Shown: positions 7,688 to 16,906 of the stretch, one piece after another
Numbering within the stretch: position 1 is the stretch's first letter
How the letters are laid out: the number at the start of each line of letters is the position of its first letter
Assembly (NCBI GenBank): GCA_035543015.1
Contig: DATKKG010000063.1
Span: forward strand, 4,798-68,797
Reading direction: 5' to 3'
DNA length: 64,000 nucleotides
Source: Conexivisphaerales archaeon
Lineage (GTDB): Archaea; Thermoproteota; Nitrososphaeria; Conexivisphaerales; DTJL01
Position numbers and translations under genes: made by a program
The notes under the pieces: generated by a model
What the model was told of the DNA's origin: nothing
The model's input: the letters and a program-made list of their open reading frames with translations, nothing else
Database searches by the model: none

Positions 7688-8353
7688 TTACGAGGGAGTC
7701 GTTGACGCTTCGCTGGTCTGCTTCCTCTTCGCCGACTTTCTCCTCAACGCCCCCAACCATATCACCGCCAGAGCTACCAGCCACAGGTCAGTCCGAAGGA
7801 ATGTCCTCCCGACGAATACCTTATCGAAGGCCGGAAGAGCCGAGATGATGAATATGCCCGCCGAGGCTAGAGCGGTTGTGGCCTCGCCCCGGAGATCGCT
7901 GATCATGGCCTTTGGGACGAGCCTCTTCTGTTCATCGGCGAGGGCCAGAGTAAAGACCCCAATCACCAGCAGGATGGCCCCCAGATCGAAGCCGTAGAGG
8001 GCGGATGCGGCGTCCTTGACATCGAGGGCGACCTCGGCGGCCGAGTTGCCCGACCTGAGGAGATTGAAGAGGAAGGGCTCGATGGAGACGGAGAACAGGA
8101 GGAGCGCGTTCAGGAAAAGCATCCGCCCGTTCTCGACCGGAAGGACGGACATCACGCGGGTGTAGCGAAGCCAGACAGAAATCAGGACGATGAAGTTGAA
8201 GCCAAAGGTGAGGATATCGCTGTAAAGGTTTGAGATGCTCGTTGGCGGGCTGCCGATGAGCGCGACGGCTCCGATTGACAGCGCTAGGCCGAACACGAGG
8301 TCCGAAAGAGACTCGATCCTAGGCCTGGGCATGTCGTGAGGCTCTCCGCTCAA
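7688..8353 (-). CDS. DUF1211 / TMEM175-like membrane protein (putative K+ channel family)
   Basis: The N-terminal RIESLSDLVFGLALSIGAV resembles the R..FSD.VFAI signature. There are about 6 hydrophobic segments. Start is TTG at 8353 or ATG at 8332. Confidence 0.5.
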   Translation of the reverse strand: MSGEPHDMPRPRIESLSDLVFGLALSIGAVALIGSPPTSISNLYSDILTFGFNFIVLISVWLRYTRVMSVLPVENGRMLFLNALLLFSVSIEPFLFNLLRSGNSAAEVALDVKDAASALYGFDLGAILLVIGVFTLALADEQKRLVPKAMISDLRGEATTALASAGIFIISALPAFDKVFVGRTFLRTDLWLVALAVIWLGALRRKSAKRKQTSEASTTPS

Positions 8354-8410
8354 ATGCTTCCACTGATGTAGCGAAAGAAGCCCATTATAAACAGCCCGTC
8401 GAGGCGGCTG

Positions 8411-9961
8411 CTAGCTGACGTTTACCGTCACGTAGTGCCAGCCGGTGGCGCCGGCCGGGAAAGGGTCCGCCACGGACTCGGTCTGGAGGTTGCCCTCCCC
8501 GTCCGTCGCCCTCACTATGACGTCGTAGGTGCCCTTCGCCGTCGGGGTCCAGTCCAGGGACCAGAGGACCCAGGAGTTCGTGGACAGCGGAGAGACGAGG
8601 TTCGCCGGCGTCCAGGTGTTGGCCTTGTCGGTGCTGACCTCCACCTTCGATATCCCCCTGTCTCCCGCGAAGGCCACCCCGGCGATGGTCACGGCGCTTC
8701 CAACCGTCACCTGGCTCGGGCTCTCCAGCCCGAACTTGTCCGCCAGAGGATCGCGTCCCAGGCTCACTATGGTCGAGCCGGTCTGGTACCTCGCTTCGTT
8801 TGCCCAGCCCGACCGCTGCCAGAAGCCCTGGTAGGTCTGGTCGGTCAAGGATATCTCGACGATCCACTTCGGATTCATCATCCCGTAGTATCCCGGGACG
8901 ATGGCGCGCAGGGGGTAGCCGTGGCTCTGTGGCAAGGGGGACCCGTTCATCTGGTACGCCAGGATGGCGCCGTCCTCGAGCCCCTTGCTCAGAGGGACGC
9001 CGACGTCGTACTGGTCGGAGCACTTGAAAACCACGTAGGTGGCCGAGCCCTGCACCCCTGCCCTGGAGAGGACGTCCTTCAGCTTCACGCCCTTCCACTT
9101 GGCCGTGCTCATGAGGTCCCCCCCGATGTTGTTGCTGACGCATTCCAGGGTGTTGTACTGCTCCACGGCCGGGAGCGCCGTCAGGTCGTCATATGTGAGG
9201 GTCAGGGGGTTGTCCACCAGCCCTCCCACCTTCAGGGTCCAACCAGAGCTCTGCACCGACGGGGGGAAGATGTTTATGTCCACGCGGTAGAAGCGGTCAT
9301 TCGAAGTCACCTCGCTCCCAAAGAAGGCCGAGATGTCGCTGGAGGCCATGTCCCCCTTCTGCAGAGAGCTGAGGCCCAGGTAGGCTAGGGCGGCTGCCAC
9401 GACCAGGGCGGCCCCGGAGGCGATGATCAGGCGTCTCCGCCTGTCGACCGGCCTGAAGTCCTCGGGAGTGATCTCTCTGCTGGCGGGGAGGTACCTCGCT
9501 TCAAGGAAGCCCAACGAGAGCCCGAAGAGGAGCTGCGGGAAGACCAGCTCGAACGCCAGAACCGGCGCGGACACTGGCTGAGAGTTGACCCTGGCGACCG
9601 AAAGGAAGAGGCCTGAGAGGGCCAGCAGCACGGCGTAGGAGAGGGCGAAGGCGACGAGTGCCCTGACCGGGGGCCGGTCACCGTAGACGGCGCCGAGCCT
9701 TGCCGAAAGGAGAGCCAGGAGCCCGTAGATCAAAAGGCTGACGGCGATGGCCACGGCATAGGTGGTGTACTTCGCCAGAGAGCCCAGGGCCTCCACTGCC
9801 CCGGACTCGAGTTGGCCTGGGACCGAGGAGAAGAAAGCCTGCGAGGCGATCTCGGGCAGGAACGAGCCTCCCGCATACATCCTCAACACGAACGATAGCC
9901 CAAGGGCCAGCGCTCCGGCTGCCACCCCCAGACCGAACACCTTCAATCTCGCGCTGACCAT
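8411..9961 (-). CDS. Membrane-anchored molybdopterin-dependent oxidoreductase (sulfite-oxidase/YedY-like fold)
   Basis: Multi-TM N-terminus followed by YNTLECVSNNIGGDLMSTAKWKGVKLKDVL and HGYPLRAIVPG. The C-terminus is Ig-like. Confidence 0.7.
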   Translation of the reverse strand: MVSARLKVFGLGVAAGALALGLSFVLRMYAGGSFLPEIASQAFFSSVPGQLESGAVEALGSLAKYTTYAVAIAVSLLIYGLLALLSARLGAVYGDRPPVRALVAFALSYAVLLALSGLFLSVARVNSQPVSAPVLAFELVFPQLLFGLSLGFLEARYLPASREITPEDFRPVDRRRRLIIASGAALVVAAALAYLGLSSLQKGDMASSDISAFFGSEVTSNDRFYRVDINIFPPSVQSSGWTLKVGGLVDNPLTLTYDDLTALPAVEQYNTLECVSNNIGGDLMSTAKWKGVKLKDVLSRAGVQGSATYVVFKCSDQYDVGVPLSKGLEDGAILAYQMNGSPLPQSHGYPLRAIVPGYYGMMNPKWIVEISLTDQTYQGFWQRSGWANEARYQTGSTIVSLGRDPLADKFGLESPSQVTVGSAVTIAGVAFAGDRGISKVEVSTDKANTWTPANLVSPLSTNSWVLWSLDWTPTAKGTYDVIVRATDGEGNLQTESVADPFPAGATGWHYVTVNVS

Positions 9962-10099
9962 GTCGACGCACCCGGCCCAGGTGGGCCGTGCTGACTACGA
10001 CCGCCATCTTGAGTCTAATTAGGGTTGTCGAGCTTCTCGCGCTTCGGGGTTGCGCGAGCCCGGGTACGGGGGCAAAGCATTTCTCCTTCCAGAGCCCGA

Positions 10100-10118
10100 G
10101 GTCTGGCTGAGTCAGACC
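10100..10118 (+). promoter_or_regulatory. Perfect 6-bp inverted repeat (GGTCTG n7 CAGACC) abutting the DUF488 start codon
   Basis: Read directly from the sequence. The 3' arm ends 1 nt before the ATG at 10119. It could be an operator or an mRNA hairpin. Confidence 0.3.
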
Positions 10119-10481
10119 ATGGTGATCAGGCTAAAGCGCGTATACGACCCGAGCTCCGAGGAGGACGGAGAACGGTTCCTTGTGGACAGGTTATGGCCAA
10201 GGGGGGTTTCCAGGGAGAGGCTGGGGATCGTCGCATGGGCTAGGGAGGCGGCCCCTAGCTCGGGGCTCCGAATATGGTATGGGCACGACCCGTCAAAGTG
10301 GGCCGAGTTCAGGGAGAGGTACTTCCGGGAGCTCGAAGGCAGGCCGGAGGCCTGGAAGCCTTTGCTTGAGGCCGCCGAGAAGGGCACGATAACGCTACTC
10401 TTCTCCAGCAGGGAGCCGCGAATCAACAACGCCGTCGCCCTGAAGGAATACCTCGAAGCCAGGCTGCCCGTACGCCGCTAA
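10119..10481 (+). CDS. DUF488 family protein
   Basis: MVIRLKRVYDP...RFLVDRLWPRGVS is typical of DUF488. I prefer the internal ATG at 10119 over the TTG at 10050. Confidence 0.6.
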   Translation: MVIRLKRVYDPSSEEDGERFLVDRLWPRGVSRERLGIVAWAREAAPSSGLRIWYGHDPSKWAEFRERYFRELEGRPEAWKPLLEAAEKGTITLLFSSREPRINNAVALKEYLEARLPVRR

Positions 10482-10526
10482 GCATTTAGCGGAGCCATAC
10501 GTGGCTTGAAGTGAGGAGAACGTACC

Positions 10527-10922
10527 ATGGCGACAGACACTGAGATGCTAGAAGAGCTGAAGAAGATCACAGCACTGCTTACTCCAAAACCCGCCCCGCC
10601 ACCGCCTCCGCCGCCCAAGGGATTCGCCAACGAATTCATAGCGTTCATGAAGACGGGCAACCTGCTGGCCGTGGCCGTCGCCTTCGTGATGGGCGGACTC
10701 ATTAGCAACATCGTGGGCGCCCTTGTCAGCGACCTGATAATGCCAGTCGCGGGGGCTTTCCTGCCCAAGGGGGGCTGGCAGACCTACACTCTCACGGTCC
10801 CGATAGGCAACGGAATGGCCTTCACCCTGGGGCACTTCCTGAGTGCAGTCATAAACTTCATCATCGTCGCCTTCGTGATCTTCATGATAGCGCGCTGGGC
10901 CAAGAAGGCTGGCGTCGAGTAG
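10527..10922 (+). CDS. mscL: Large-conductance mechanosensitive channel with an N-terminal proline-rich extension
   Basis: GFANEFIAFMKTGNLLAVAVAFVMGGLISNIVGALVSDLIMPV matches the MscL core. It is preceded by about 30 aa containing the run PAPPPPPPP. Confidence 0.8.
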   Translation: MATDTEMLEELKKITALLTPKPAPPPPPPPKGFANEFIAFMKTGNLLAVAVAFVMGGLISNIVGALVSDLIMPVAGAFLPKGGWQTYTLTVPIGNGMAFTLGHFLSAVINFIIVAFVIFMIARWAKKAGVE

Positions 10923-10978
10923 ACGGCCGGCACCCGCTTTTTCTGAATCTTCGTATGGCCAGCGGAAGCTCCAGAAGC

Positions 10979-11311
10979 CTATGGGCGCTTGATGTTGGTG
11001 ACCAGAAGCCTGAACTGGAGGGTCTTCCCCGCCATGGGGTGCCTCCCGGACCTGCCGTAGGCCTTCTCGGGCGGCAACGTGACCTCCTTGGCATCGTTGA
11101 TCTTCATCCCGACCAGCGCCTCTTCGAAGCCGGAGATGACCTGGTGGGCCCCGATGGTGACCTGCAGGGGGACATAGTCCCTTGCCGGGTTGAAGATTCC
11201 GGCCTTGACGGCCTCCGCCTTCATGCTGGTGTCGAAGACCTTCCCGCCGGGGAACTTGCCAACGTAGTGCACCGAAACCATGTCGCCGTTCTGGGCTGTG
11301 AGCGCGCTCAT
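10979..11311 (-). CDS. FKBP-type peptidyl-prolyl cis-trans isomerase
   Basis: Motifs GDMVSVHYVGKF.GGKVFDTS and VISGFEEALVGMK. Confidence 0.8.
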   Translation of the reverse strand: MSALTAQNGDMVSVHYVGKFPGGKVFDTSMKAEAVKAGIFNPARDYVPLQVTIGAHQVISGFEEALVGMKINDAKEVTLPPEKAYGRSGRHPMAGKTLQFRLLVTNIKRP

Positions 11312-11382
11312 GACGATGCATCCGATGAGGGGGGCATATTTAGGGTTTGGGAAAAGCCCGGGCCGGTGCGGACGGGGAAGAA

Positions 11383-11394
11383 GGGTTAAATAAC
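11383..11394 (+). promoter_or_regulatory. TATA-like box about 100 nt upstream of the DEAD-box helicase start
   Basis: GGGTTAAATAAC is the only A/T box in the 181-bp intergenic region on this side. It implies a 5' UTR of about 75 nt. Confidence 0.35.
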
Positions 11395-11492
11395 TGTCTC
11401 GTGAGCCTCAGTCCAACGCATAAGACGTTGCAGAGTCTTCAGGTCGAACTGACGCTCGAACGACGCTTTTGCTGCGTGTGTGAAGAATAGAT

Positions 11493-12743
11493 TTGACGGG
11501 ATTCGACGGCTTGGGTCTGGACCCAAGGCTCCTAAGAAGCCTGAAGGATATGGGGTTCACCGAACCCTTTCCGATTCAGGAGAGGGCCATAGGCCCCATC
11601 CTGGAGGGCATAGACGTGATAGGTCAGGCGAAGACCGGGTCGGGGAAGACCGCGGCCTTCGGATTGCCCCTGCTGCAGATGGTGGACCCGAGGGCGAACC
11701 GTGTGCAGGCGCTGATCCTGGCCCCTACGAGGGAGCTCGCGGTCCAGATAACGGAGGAGCTCAGGCGCCTGGGCAAGTACATGGGTGTGAGGATGGTCAC
11801 AGTCTACGGCGGCCAGTCAATCAACGTCCAGCTGGAGGAGCTGGCGGACGGGGCCGACATCGTGGTGGGGACCCCGGGGAGGATCATCGACTTCATCGAC
11901 CACAACGAGCTCAACCTGGGGTCCGTGAAGTACGTGGTGCTGGATGAGGCGGACAGGATGCTGGACATGGGCTTCATCGACGACATCGAGTACATCCTCG
12001 AGGCGGCTCCCGGGCGCAGGCAGATGAGCCTGTTCTCGGCGACGATGCCTGAGGAGATAATCAAGCTGTCGTCGAAGTACATGAGCCAGCCGGAGAAGAT
12101 CCTCGTCAGCGCCGACGAGCCGTCCGTGGATGAGCTCGACCAGTACTATACGCTGGTCGAGGACGGCGAGAAGCTGCCGAAGCTCGTGGCCCTCCTGAAG
12201 AAGGAGAACCCGGCCAGCGCGATGATCTTCTGCAGGACCAAGGCGGGGGCCCACAGGCTGGCCAGGGAGCTCGAGAAGAGGTTCTTCAACGTCACTCCGC
12301 TGCACGGGGACCTGTCACAGTATCAGAGGGACAGATCCATGGAGGCATTCAGGAAGGGAAAGGTGGACATCCTCGTGGCGACCGACGTCGCGGCGAGGGG
12401 GATAGACGTCCCTGGAGTTCAGCTCGTGGTCAACTACGACTTCCCGGAGGACCCGCTCATCTACTTCCACAGGGTTGGCAGGACGGCCAGGGCTGGCAGC
12501 CTGGGCAAGTCGGTGGCGCTCATCTCGCCGGATGACTTCACCACCTTCAGGCTCGTCCAGGACCTGACCAAGGTGCCGATCAAGCCCCTGAGCCCGTCCG
12601 ACGAGAATCCGTCCTTCATCGGTCGACCCAGGAGGCAGGGATACCGGGGAGGGGGCGGGCGCCGCGACAAGGACAGAAGGGGAGGCTACCGCCAGGCCCG
12701 CGGCGGAGGGCACCAGGGCTACCGAAGGCGAATCCGCGAGTAG
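11493..12743 (+). CDS. DEAD-box ATP-dependent RNA helicase with an RGG-rich tail
   Basis: Motifs AKTGSGKTAAF, PTRELA, DEAD, SAT and HRVGRTARAG. TTG start. Confidence 0.9.
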   Translation: MTGFDGLGLDPRLLRSLKDMGFTEPFPIQERAIGPILEGIDVIGQAKTGSGKTAAFGLPLLQMVDPRANRVQALILAPTRELAVQITEELRRLGKYMGVRMVTVYGGQSINVQLEELADGADIVVGTPGRIIDFIDHNELNLGSVKYVVLDEADRMLDMGFIDDIEYILEAAPGRRQMSLFSATMPEEIIKLSSKYMSQPEKILVSADEPSVDELDQYYTLVEDGEKLPKLVALLKKENPASAMIFCRTKAGAHRLARELEKRFFNVTPLHGDLSQYQRDRSMEAFRKGKVDILVATDVAARGIDVPGVQLVVNYDFPEDPLIYFHRVGRTARAGSLGKSVALISPDDFTTFRLVQDLTKVPIKPLSPSDENPSFIGRPRRQGYRGGGGRRDKDRRGGYRQARGGGHQGYRRRIRE

Positions 12744-12815
12744 CCTGCTTTCGAAGACGATTCCATCGGCTGAAAGCGGAAGCATGCCGAGCGTCCGCTG
12801 ATTTGGAGAATTGAC

Positions 12816-12839
12816 GGCGGAACAAAAAACCTCTCCGCC
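12816..12839 (-). terminator. Putative terminator for the TRAM gene (T6 run inside a GGCGG/CCGCC inverted repeat)
   Basis: The minus strand reads GGCGGAGAGGTTTTTTGTTCCGCC. This is the first oligo-T tract downstream of the stop at 12916. Confidence 0.35.
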
Positions 12840-12915
12840 AGATTCGTGGCGATTCACGTCCGTCTAGACCCGAGGAGAGGAGCTCTGCCCCCTCCCGCAT
12901 CTACGTTAACGTGAT

Positions 12916-13257
12916 CTACTGATCTTGCCCAGCTGGCTCGGCATCGGATGATGCGGGAGCCTCCGCCGGTTGCGAAGGTGCGTTTTCTGTAGAGGTTACG
13001 ATCTCCGCTGTCGCGTACCTGTTCGATACGTTCGTGATCCTGATCTTCAGCTTCTGGCCGGTCTTCGCGTTGGTCACAAAGATGATGAATCCCTGTACCT
13101 TCGCGATGCCGTCGCCGCGCCTCGAGATCTCGGTGATCTCTACGTCGTATTCCTCGCCAGCCTTCACTGGCTTGGGAGCGAAGTTTCTTGGGCCACCGAA
13201 GCCTCCACCGAAGCTCCTTCTGGCACCGTATCCTCCACTGCGTTGTCCGTAACTCAT
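12916..13257 (-). CDS. TRAM-domain RNA-binding protein with an N-terminal RGG region
   Basis: EYDVEITEISRRGDGIAKVQGFIIFVTNAKTGQKLKIRITNV matches the stand-alone archaeal TRAM fold. Confidence 0.7.
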   Translation of the reverse strand: MSYGQRSGGYGARRSFGGGFGGPRNFAPKPVKAGEEYDVEITEISRRGDGIAKVQGFIIFVTNAKTGQKLKIRITNVSNRYATAEIVTSTENAPSQPAEAPASSDAEPAGQDQ

Positions 13258-13322
13258 GCCTTATGCACTCGTGAGCTAGCGGCTTTTCCGCCCGCTATAT
13301 TAACGTATTGCCTGGCTCTCGG

Positions 13323-14330
13323 CTACGAGTAGCCCTTCGCCATCTCTCGTATCATCAATCGGACGTCGTCGCCGAGGGGGTAGAGGATGGGGCAGGTCGC
13401 GCCGGTCTCCATGTACTGCCTGACCTTTCGTCGGCAGTCCTCGGGCGTCCCGGAGGCAGTCAGCATGTCGACCATCTTGTCGTCGACGAGGCGCTTGGCC
13501 TTCTCCAGGCCGCCCGGCTTCGCCGGCCATCCCCCGAGGGCGTCGCTGATCTCCTTGACCAGGCTCTCCTTGATCCCGTTCGCCTTGGCTATGTGCGGCT
13601 GCTGGCCCACGTACATCGTGACCAGGCTTCGGGAGCTGTCGAGGGCCCTGTCGGCGTCCTCGTCCATCGAACAGACCACCAGCTGAGGCCTGTCGATCTC
13701 CTTCAGGCTTCGGTGGGCCTTGCGCGCCCCGACCTCGAGGTGCTCCATGGCCTCCTTGTTGTACTTGGGGGAGACGAGGTAGTTGAGCACCACGCCATCG
13801 GCGATCGAGCCCGTCAGCTCCATCATCTGCATCCCGGTGGCACCGATGTAGACGGGGATCTTCCGAACGCTCTTGTCGCCGTAGACGATGTCGAGCTGGA
13901 TGTCCTGGACCTTGACGTATTCGCCCTGGAAGGTGACGTTCTTCATCTTGAAGAGCTCCTTCAGGACGGTGACGTACTCCCTCATGGCCACGAGGGGCCT
14001 CTCCCTGTGGATGCCCACCTTCGAGGCGAGGGGGTCCCACCAGGCTCCTATGCCCAGGATGACCCTGCGGGGAGCCAGGTCGTAGAGGGTGGAGTAGGTG
14101 GAGGCCATGATGCCCACGTTACGGGTCCAGTTGTTGACGACGCCGCTCGCGACTTTGATCTTCGCCGTGACGGCAGCCACAGCGGCCATGGGGACGATCG
14201 CGTCCCTGACCAGCCTGGACTCGGCGAACCAGACGGCTTCGAATCCGTGCCTTTCGGCGTAGCGACCGAACTCCATCTCCTCCCTGACGGAGTGCTTGTC
14301 CTGCATGTACAGCGCCAGCCTGTCTCCCAA
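13323..14330 (-). CDS. LLM-class (luciferase-like) F420-dependent oxidoreductase, Mer-like
   Basis: Motifs [16 protein letters not shown] and VILGIGAWW. The layout is that of a TIM-barrel LLM protein. Confidence 0.7.
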   Translation of the reverse strand: MGDRLALYMQDKHSVREEMEFGRYAERHGFEAVWFAESRLVRDAIVPMAAVAAVTAKIKVASGVVNNWTRNVGIMASTYSTLYDLAPRRVILGIGAWWDPLASKVGIHRERPLVAMREYVTVLKELFKMKNVTFQGEYVKVQDIQLDIVYGDKSVRKIPVYIGATGMQMMELTGSIADGVVLNYLVSPKYNKEAMEHLEVGARKAHRSLKEIDRPQLVVCSMDEDADRALDSSRSLVTMYVGQQPHIAKANGIKESLVKEISDALGGWPAKPGGLEKAKRLVDDKMVDMLTASGTPEDCRRKVRQYMETGATCPILYPLGDDVRLMIREMAKGYS

Positions 14331-14459
14331 GTCTCTTCTAGACAGGGTAATGGTGGCCGAGGTATAATAGCGTCAGCGCGGGTTTGCGTATTTTGCACGT
14401 TCCTCCGGAAATCTTTTAAGAGCCCGCACAGCCGAATAGCTCTCGATTCATGGCGGTAA

Positions 14460-15239
14460 GTGATGCCCAGCGTTCTTGAGATTGACAAGGTAGGCGTGCA
14501 GGTGGGCGACAAGAGGGTGGTCCAGGAGGTCTCCATGACCATCAGACAGGGAGAGATACATGCCCTCATGGGGCCGAACGGCTCGGGGAAGAGCTCGCTT
14601 TCGTACGCCCTGATGGGGCACCCCAAGTACAAAGTGGTGTCCGGAGACATTCGCCTCGATGGTGTTTCGCTGTTGCCCATGACCCCGACGGAGAGGGCCA
14701 GGCACGGCGTCTTCCTTGCCCTCCAGTACCCGGTCGAAGTCTCCGGCGTGACCCTTTTCAACTTCCTGAGGACGGCGTACAGCGCCATGAAGCAGGGTGG
14801 GAGGGACGACGTGAAGGCCTTGGCGCCGATCATCCCCTTCAGGAAGCTGCTGCAGCAGAAGCTGGACCTGCTCAAGCTTGACAGCTCGTTCACGGCCCGT
14901 TATCTTAACGAAGGGCTGTCGGGCGGGGAGAAGAAGAGGTCTGAGATACTTCAGATGGCCATCATGGAGCCGAGTGTCGCCGTCCTGGACGAGATCGACT
15001 CGGGGCTCGACATAGACGCCGTGAAGATCGTCGCCGAGACCCTGAACCGCCTCATGGGCCCCCAGCTGGGGCTCCTCCTGATCACGCACTACATACGGAT
15101 CCTCCAGTTCGTGAAACCCGAGTTCGTGCACGTCATGGCGGACGGACGGATAGTGGCCGAAGGGGGTCCCGAGCTTGCGAAGAAGCTCGAAGAGAAGGGC
15201 TACGGATGGCTCACGGAAAAGCCCGAAGCTGGGCTTTGA
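14460..15239 (+). CDS. sufC: Fe-S cluster assembly ATPase SufC
   Basis: Motifs GPNGSGKSSL, LSGGEKKRSEILQM and AVLDEIDSGLD. Confidence 0.9.
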   Translation: MMPSVLEIDKVGVQVGDKRVVQEVSMTIRQGEIHALMGPNGSGKSSLSYALMGHPKYKVVSGDIRLDGVSLLPMTPTERARHGVFLALQYPVEVSGVTLFNFLRTAYSAMKQGGRDDVKALAPIIPFRKLLQQKLDLLKLDSSFTARYLNEGLSGGEKKRSEILQMAIMEPSVAVLDEIDSGLDIDAVKIVAETLNRLMGPQLGLLLITHYIRILQFVKPEFVHVMADGRIVAEGGPELAKKLEEKGYGWLTEKPEAGL

Positions 15240-15429
15240 GAGCTGCCACACCAGATGGCGTCAAGGGCGGTAGAACATCTCCAAGTCGTATGGCATTCGA
15301 GCCGGTGACAGGCAGATGAACGCCAGGAACCCGTAGAGCGCAAGACGCGGGTGAGATCGCCCTGTGAGGGAGAGGGCGGCGGTTTCAGGAAGTTGACCCA
15401 GACGACGAAAGCATGAAAGGAAACGGGGC

Positions 15430-16887
15430 ATGGAATCAGGAGCAACGTATATCTATCATCAGCGGTCTCAAGCGTTGGTGTTCGATTTGTCCGTAAGAGA
15501 CACAGTCAATGTCGACTATAGCAAGTACGACTTCAAAGACCCCGAAACCTCGGTGTTCACGACGGACCGGGGACTGGACAAGGACAAGGTCATCAAGATT
15601 TCGAAATACAAGAACGAACCCGAGTGGATGACCGAGTTCCGGGTGCGTGCCTTCGAGACCTTCAAGAAGAAGCCGATTCCCACCTGGGGCGCGAACCTTT
15701 CCAACATAGACTTCGACAACATCAGATACTACATCAAGCCCACCGAAAAGAACGTCGACAGCTGGGAGGCGCTCCCTGAGGCAATAAAGAGCACCTTCGA
15801 AAGGCTGGGCGTGCCGGAGGCGGAGAGGAAGTTCCTGGCTGGTGTGGGTGCGCAATACGAATCCGAGGTCGTCTACCACAACATGCGAAAAGACTTGGCT
15901 AAGCAGGGAGTTGTCTTCTCGGACATGGACACGGCCTTGAAGGAGTACCCGGAGATCGTGAAGAAGTACTTCGGTACCGTCGTGCCCATCAACGACAACA
16001 CCTTCTCGGCTCTGAACAGCGCCGTCTGGAGCGGAGGCTCGTTCATCTACGTCCCGGAAGGGGTCAAGGTCGAGCAGCCTCTGCATGCCTACTTCAGGAT
16101 CAACGCTGCCAACATGGGACAGTTCGAAAGGACTCTCATCATAGCGGAGCCCTACAGCGACATCCACTACATTGAGGGATGCACTGCTCCGGTCTACACT
16201 TCCGACTCACTTCACGCCGCCGTGGTCGAGCTAATCGCGAAGAAGGGCGCCCACATAAGGTACACCACGATACAGAACTGGTCGAAGGACGTCTACAACC
16301 TGGTGACCAAGAGGGCGTTCGCCTACGAGGACGCCAGGGTCGAGTGGATCGACGGAAACCTGGGCAGCAAAGTCACCATGAAGTATCCCTCCATCTACCT
16401 CCTCGGGAGGGGCGCAAGGGCGGAAGTCCTCTCCGTCGCCATGGCTGGGAGCGGACAGCACATCGATGCGGGGTCGAAGATCCTCCACCTGGCGCCTGAC
16501 ACGAGCTCGAGGATAACCTCGAAGTCGGTCTCCAAGGACGGAGGTAGGACCACCTATCGCGGCCAGCTCCTTGTAGCCAAGGGGGCCACAGGAGTCAAGA
16601 GCAGCGTCAGATGCGACGCCCTGATCCTTGACGACAAGTCGATGTCTGACACTTATCCATACAACATGGTGAGCGAAAGCGACACCGTGCTTACGCATGA
16701 GGCGACGGTCGGCAAGATCGGCGAGGACCAGCTCTTCTACCTGATGAGCAGGGGGCTGACGGAGAACGAAGCGCTGAACGCCGTGGTCATGGGGTTCATG
16801 GAGCCGTTCACGAAGGAGCTGCCCATGGTCTACGCGATCGAGCTCAACCGGCTCATCAGCCTCGAAATGATCAACTCTGTGGGATAG
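15430..16887 (+). CDS. sufB: Fe-S cluster assembly protein SufB
   Basis: Motifs [40 protein letters not shown]. Confidence 0.9.
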   Translation: MESGATYIYHQRSQALVFDLSVRDTVNVDYSKYDFKDPETSVFTTDRGLDKDKVIKISKYKNEPEWMTEFRVRAFETFKKKPIPTWGANLSNIDFDNIRYYIKPTEKNVDSWEALPEAIKSTFERLGVPEAERKFLAGVGAQYESEVVYHNMRKDLAKQGVVFSDMDTALKEYPEIVKKYFGTVVPINDNTFSALNSAVWSGGSFIYVPEGVKVEQPLHAYFRINAANMGQFERTLIIAEPYSDIHYIEGCTAPVYTSDSLHAAVVELIAKKGAHIRYTTIQNWSKDVYNLVTKRAFAYEDARVEWIDGNLGSKVTMKYPSIYLLGRGARAEVLSVAMAGSGQHIDAGSKILHLAPDTSSRITSKSVSKDGGRTTYRGQLLVAKGATGVKSSVRCDALILDDKSMSDTYPYNMVSESDTVLTHEATVGKIGEDQLFYLMSRGLTENEALNAVVMGFMEPFTKELPMVYAIELNRLISLEMINSVG

Positions 16888-16906
16888 AAGCCGCCCCGTC
16901 TGGCAT

